Source of the DNA: Isurus oxyrinchus
Lineage: Eukaryota
Direction: 5' to 3'
Length of the DNA stretch: 64,000 nt
NCBI GenBank assembly: GCA_026770705.1
Contig: JANJGN010000026.1
Span: 36,394,001-36,458,000, forward strand
Each line of letters opens with the position of its first letter. The first letter of the stretch is position 1. Shown here piece after piece: positions 62,343 to 64,000 of this stretch. Under the pieces are notes generated by a model. It had not been told where the DNA came from. It worked only from the letters and a program-made list of their open reading frames with translations, and searched no databases. The position numbers were made by a program, and so were the translations under genes.

Positions 62343-63247
62343 AAGCTTTCACTGTTTATCAGCCCATCACATTCATCACCCCACAGCTCTGGGTTGTTAA
62401 GGTGCATATTGTTTTCAAGCAAATAATCCACATTTCTGTTATTCAGTGACCCACACAAACGGTTGCTTTCTTATGAATATTTCAAATGTAAAGAGAAAAT
62501 TATTAGGCCCACCATGTACCAATATCTAACCCATTGGAAAGATATGAAGTTATATGATTCAAACAAACCCATCAGTGATTCTCTCTTCCTCAGCTCCACA
62601 GTGAGTGGGACAGGGAAGAGCGGAGAAGCGGCAATATTCCAGCCCCACACTCTCCAATCACCCGCTGCCAGCAGAAAGCGGCGTCAGCAGCTTCATTCAG
62701 CGGGTTACTGTCCATCCCTGGGATGCAAGATACTCCAACACGGGCTAAACCTCCCAATACACAGAGCAGTCTCAGGCAAACATGGGTAGATTATATCCCG
62801 GCCACTAAACCTCCGAGCAGCATTAACAGAATACCCGAGAGAGGGAGTCACAAATAAAAACGATGACAACTTTGTAAATCTTTTCACTGTGAAATTCTAT
62901 CTTTTTATTTAAAAACTGACAGTTGTGAATCTGAAAATGAGCACCATGGGATTTGTGTTACCGACTGACTTGTTTTCCATTGTTTGTCCGACAGGTTTGC
63001 AACTCAATTTGTGTTGGAGATTGAAGCGAATCTGATTTCAAAATGGTTATAAAACAGATAAACATTAAATCCAGGAACAAATCCTGAGGAAATGGATCAC
63101 AATGTTTGAAAGGAGGTGCAGCTGAGAAGCAGAAGCTGTGAATGATGTTATTGATGATTGATGGGAAAGCATTGGACCCTTGGGCTTCAGGTGGTCAATT
63201 TCCTTCTCTCCCATTGCATTCAGACAGTTATCTCACTGTGATGTTTT

Positions 63248-63670
63248 CCATTCCCACATTCGGAGCAGGTTAATGGCCTCTCCACAGTGTGAACTTGCTG
63301 GTGTCTCAGCCGATGGATGTATGAGTGAATCCCTTCCCACACATGGAGCAGGTTAATAACTTCCCACCAGTGTGACTGCATTAGTGAATTTCCAGCTAAG
63401 ATGGGTGACTCAATCCTTCCTCACATTCCCCACATTTTACAGATTCTCATCAGTGTAACCATGCTTGTATTTCAACAGGCCAGATGATGCCTTGAATCCT
63501 CGTCCACACACAGGACACGTGTACAGTTTCTCCCCACTGTGAACGGTGCTTTTTCCTTCCATGTTCAAACTCTGATGATATTCAGGCTACGATAAACTGG
63601 GCGACTCAGCCAGATCCTAGTGTGATGTTGGTTTGAGTTTCCTGACTGCAAACCTTCCCCTCCTAATACC
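63248..63670 (-). pseudogene. C2H2 zinc-finger pseudogene exon (~4 fingers)
   Basis: Acceptor TTTTCACAG at 63671; from ATG 63562 [23 protein letters not shown]..., KCGEC, HTGGKLLTCSMCGKGFT, HQQVHTVERPLTCSECG, with stops and frameshifts. Confidence 0.9.
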
Positions 63671-63894
63671 CTGTGAAAATGATTTAAAGCAGAAAAACTG
63701 GAGAGAGGGAGAACCCACAAAAACACAAAGGCAGGTTGTGAAATTGAACTGAAAATTTGGAAATTTGTGGGACAGACACTAGGGCAAAATGACATTCAAA
63801 GCTGTTGGATTGTCAAAACAATTCAACTGGTTGACTAATGTTCATCAGAGAAGGGAACCTTACACTCAGTCTGGGCCTACACAAGACCTCTATA

Positions 63895-64000
63895 GGAGGA
63901 GAGAGGCGGAGACAAAGAGGGAGATAGAGAGAGAAAATGAGGGAGAAATGCAAAAGGAGAGATAGAGAGTGACATAAGAGGGTAAGGTTCAGAGGGAGAG
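63895..64000. repeat. (GA)-rich low-complexity tract
   Basis: Direct reading. Confidence 0.8.

Overview
Cartilaginous-fish (shark) genomic DNA containing one complete, apparently intact germline IgM heavy-chain minilocus on the + strand. Its order is promoter, split leader, VH(23-RSS), (12)D1(22), (12)D2(12), (23)JH, a 10.4-kb intron, Cmu1, Cmu2, Cmu3, Cmu4 with secretory tail, TM1 and TM2 (about 35.8-54.4 kb). The upstream 30 kb is mostly a 27/54-bp minisatellite field broken by CR1 and RTE LINE fragments, tRNA-derived SINEs and Penelope-like retroelements. One Penelope copy is young, with a 596-codon RT+GIY-YIG ORF, a 14-bp target duplication, a ~610-bp inverted repeat and a hammerhead-type tail. 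Downstream lie several decayed tRNA genes and a C2H2 zinc-finger pseudogene. The most striking unexplained signal is a ~1.6-kb G-rich, sense-strand 24-bp tandem repeat in the JH-Cmu intron, at the position of the tetrapod S-mu switch region. It is preceded by an opposite-skew C-rich repeat with a GC-box island at the skew flip. D1 also carries a nested 12/23 RSS sharing one nonamer. All calls were made by eye, so repeat boundaries are approximate and no database search was run.
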